Source of the DNA: Acanthaster planci
Taxonomy: Eukaryota
DNA length: 64,000 nucleotides
Direction: 5' to 3'
NCBI RefSeq assembly: GCF_001949145.1
Contig: NW_019091355.1
Span: 3,082,646-3,146,645 of the forward strand
The notes beneath the pieces are model-generated. The model was not told where the DNA came from and did not search any database. It saw nothing but the letters and a program-made list of their open reading frames with translations. Positions 61,807 through 64,000 of this stretch are shown here, piece after piece (position 1 is the first letter of the stretch; each line of letters starts with the position of its first letter). Made by a program: the position numbers and the translations under genes.

Positions 61807-64000
61807 GTGAGTAGAAAACGAACTGTTTTGTCGTTATGTGCAAGAAACGAAATATTCGCCGTTAAAAAAGGGAATACCCGTCCAGTGCCCGGTTTTCTTG
61901 GTAGAAACCACTAACACTGTCTTTTTTTATTGAAATTATACAGTACAGCGTTGTTGTGTGTTCTGGCCTTCTATTTAAGATGATCACGATTCGATTTGGT
62001 AATCTTTCGTCAGAAAAAGTATTGACATCTAAAATTTTGTTTTTCGTATTTCTTGCTCAAAATCAGGCGCCTTGCCCTTTTTAAAGTTTGTCCCTTTTCT
62101 GATCACCTCCTTCTTGAGGAAAACATTTCAACACGCATGTTACAATTCTATTCAAGGTGTCAGGATGCCACGTCATAGAATAGCTTTCTGGGGGGTGGGT
62201 TCCGTAAAATTGACAATTCCCCATTTTTTCCCCCAAGCAGTGAGCTATGAATACGTACTGATGGTAGATAGTCATTTAACGTCTGGATTTGAAAGTCATT
62301 ATTGCTTGCACCGTGTTATAGCTCAATGGTCGAATTAATACCGTGTATGTACAGAGTTTTCAATCAGTGCGTGGCCGACAAAGATCATTACCAGCGCCCA
62401 GGCGACAAGTGAAACACTATGCTCCCCGTTTTATATGAGGCCGCTATTAAAAAAGGGGGGAAAAGTCAGCGTTCGGTCTCGCTAAACTGCCGGCTCTCTG
62501 AGCCGTGCAGTCTGTAGTTTAAAAATTCTTTCGGCGGAACAAGCCCCTTGGGCTGTCGGGATGTAATACCCATTTTTGTGGGGTGCGTGAACCGCGTTTC
62601 TCGTGCTCTTACTTCATTAAGTTCGTCAATTGCCTGTCTCGTTCTCACAGGGATAAAGGAAGACCTGTCATTTTTGTTTGTGTAATAAAGAAGACTCATT
62701 GCTGACGATGTGAACTTTTTTCACTAGATGGCTACATTTGAGTAATATTTGTTAGGATGGAGGAAAAAATCACCTAAGGGAAACCAGAAGACTTCCTTTA
62801 GATGAAGTTTAGATAGAGGTGTAAGGTATGTACAGTGGCACATTCTTATGGCTGTGTCCGAATTACTTGGCTGGAGCCTGAAATTACGCATTAGTCTATG
62901 GTAGTGGCCACAGACGGTTCCCATATCAAGCCATAGCCAAGTCATTCGGACGCGGCCTTAGAAAAAAAAAGATGTGCGCAATTGCATTACTTCTGAGGAC
63001 AGTCTCAGCACCGTGGGTAAGTCCAGCACGCGACGTCAGGCCAAGAAACCGAGGGATAAATCCCGCATTTTCTCGCAGCTCCTAATAACATCCAGGACGG
63101 GATAAGTGATACCTTTACTCCGTAAAAAAAAGAAAAAAAAAAGACTGCTTCCGAGGTGTCGTGCACCACCGGCGGAGCGTGGGAGGGAAGATTACGCGCG
63201 GTTATCGGCGTTCAGGCGGGGAAACCTCCCCCCCTTCCTCCTCGGTGGTGGTGTCCCACACAACAGAAGACCCGTAAGACTAAAGAGAGAAAACATGTGT
63301 CTGGTTCCACACACGGCTAGCCAAGCATAGGGCACGGTAACTGGCAGGTATATAGACAGAATAAGGCCTGGAGGGGAAAGAAAAAAAACATGAGGAAAAA
63401 ACGCGTCTGTATATAGGGCATCATTATCAATTCGAAATTGTTTAGACTCTGGTTTAATTAGACAACATGATTTCTGACGTGCGCTATGAAATAAACGACG
63501 CGTGAAGAGTGATGAATCTGTTTTAATATCGCGTATATTGCCTTCATTCTTTTTCTCTCTGGAGAGTTTATTTCTTTACCGCGGGCGGGAAAATTACGCC
63601 ATATTGAAAAGTAATAAAAAAAAAACTTCCTTCGGGTTAAAGTGATGCGAACCACCGATGATGCCGGTATTTATTTGACAGGGGTGTGTGACAACCAGTA
63701 TCGTTCATTCGACAGGTCGTCCAGAGTGCCTCATTGACTGTATTGGAAAATGTTGTTCAGCTCTTTGCAGAAGTGGATTCATAAAAGGGTGATATATCCC
63801 TTTGATGGAATATTAGATCATAATATCCATAATTTCCAGATAAATCTGAGTTTGTTTCTTACTTGTTGCTGATTTTTGTATGTTTCCGTTCTTGTTGATG
63901 CACGTCTGGTTTTAATGAATCTCTGAATTTCGGCAACCACTTCTTTCAGCTCAGAGGTAATTCGATTTTTAAAATAATATCGAGAACAGCTTTTTTCCCC

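Noticed and set aside
62990..63125. Possible next Pax exon (donor TGG|GTAAGT near 63017; acceptor ttttctcgcag near 63078) and partial REST-like TCAGCACC
   Set aside because: No consistent acceptor-donor pair giving Pax-like sequence; the frame after the acceptor hits a stop; the REST right half-site is missing.

Overview
Eukaryotic (metazoan) genomic DNA, not prokaryotic; almost all ORFs in the supplied track are spurious. An echinoderm-like marine invertebrate is my inference from frequent TACATGTA motifs and the repeat content; it is not verified. The only clear gene is the 5' half of a + strand Pax2/5/8 gene. It has paired-domain exons at 58985-59150 and 60513-60710 and an octapeptide (YSINGILG) exon at 61619-61806, and it continues beyond the window. 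Two separate candidate first exons lie about 16 kb apart (34008-34068 and 50292-50346). Both contain an MDL start and end in phase 1, so either splices in frame onto the paired-domain exon, suggesting alternative promoters. The upstream 33+ kb is a gene desert. It holds a 5'-truncated, frameshifted Vingi/Ingi-like LINE (16657-~19310, - strand), many TIR/hairpin MITEs (some nested), tRNA-derived SINE remnants, very old LINE and Penelope fragments, and GC-rich TAAT-dense blocks that look like developmental enhancers. A Penelope-type minimal hammerhead ribozyme with an intact core sits at 44946-44985, on the sense strand between the two candidate first exons. No CRISPR array, rRNA or intact tRNA gene was seen.
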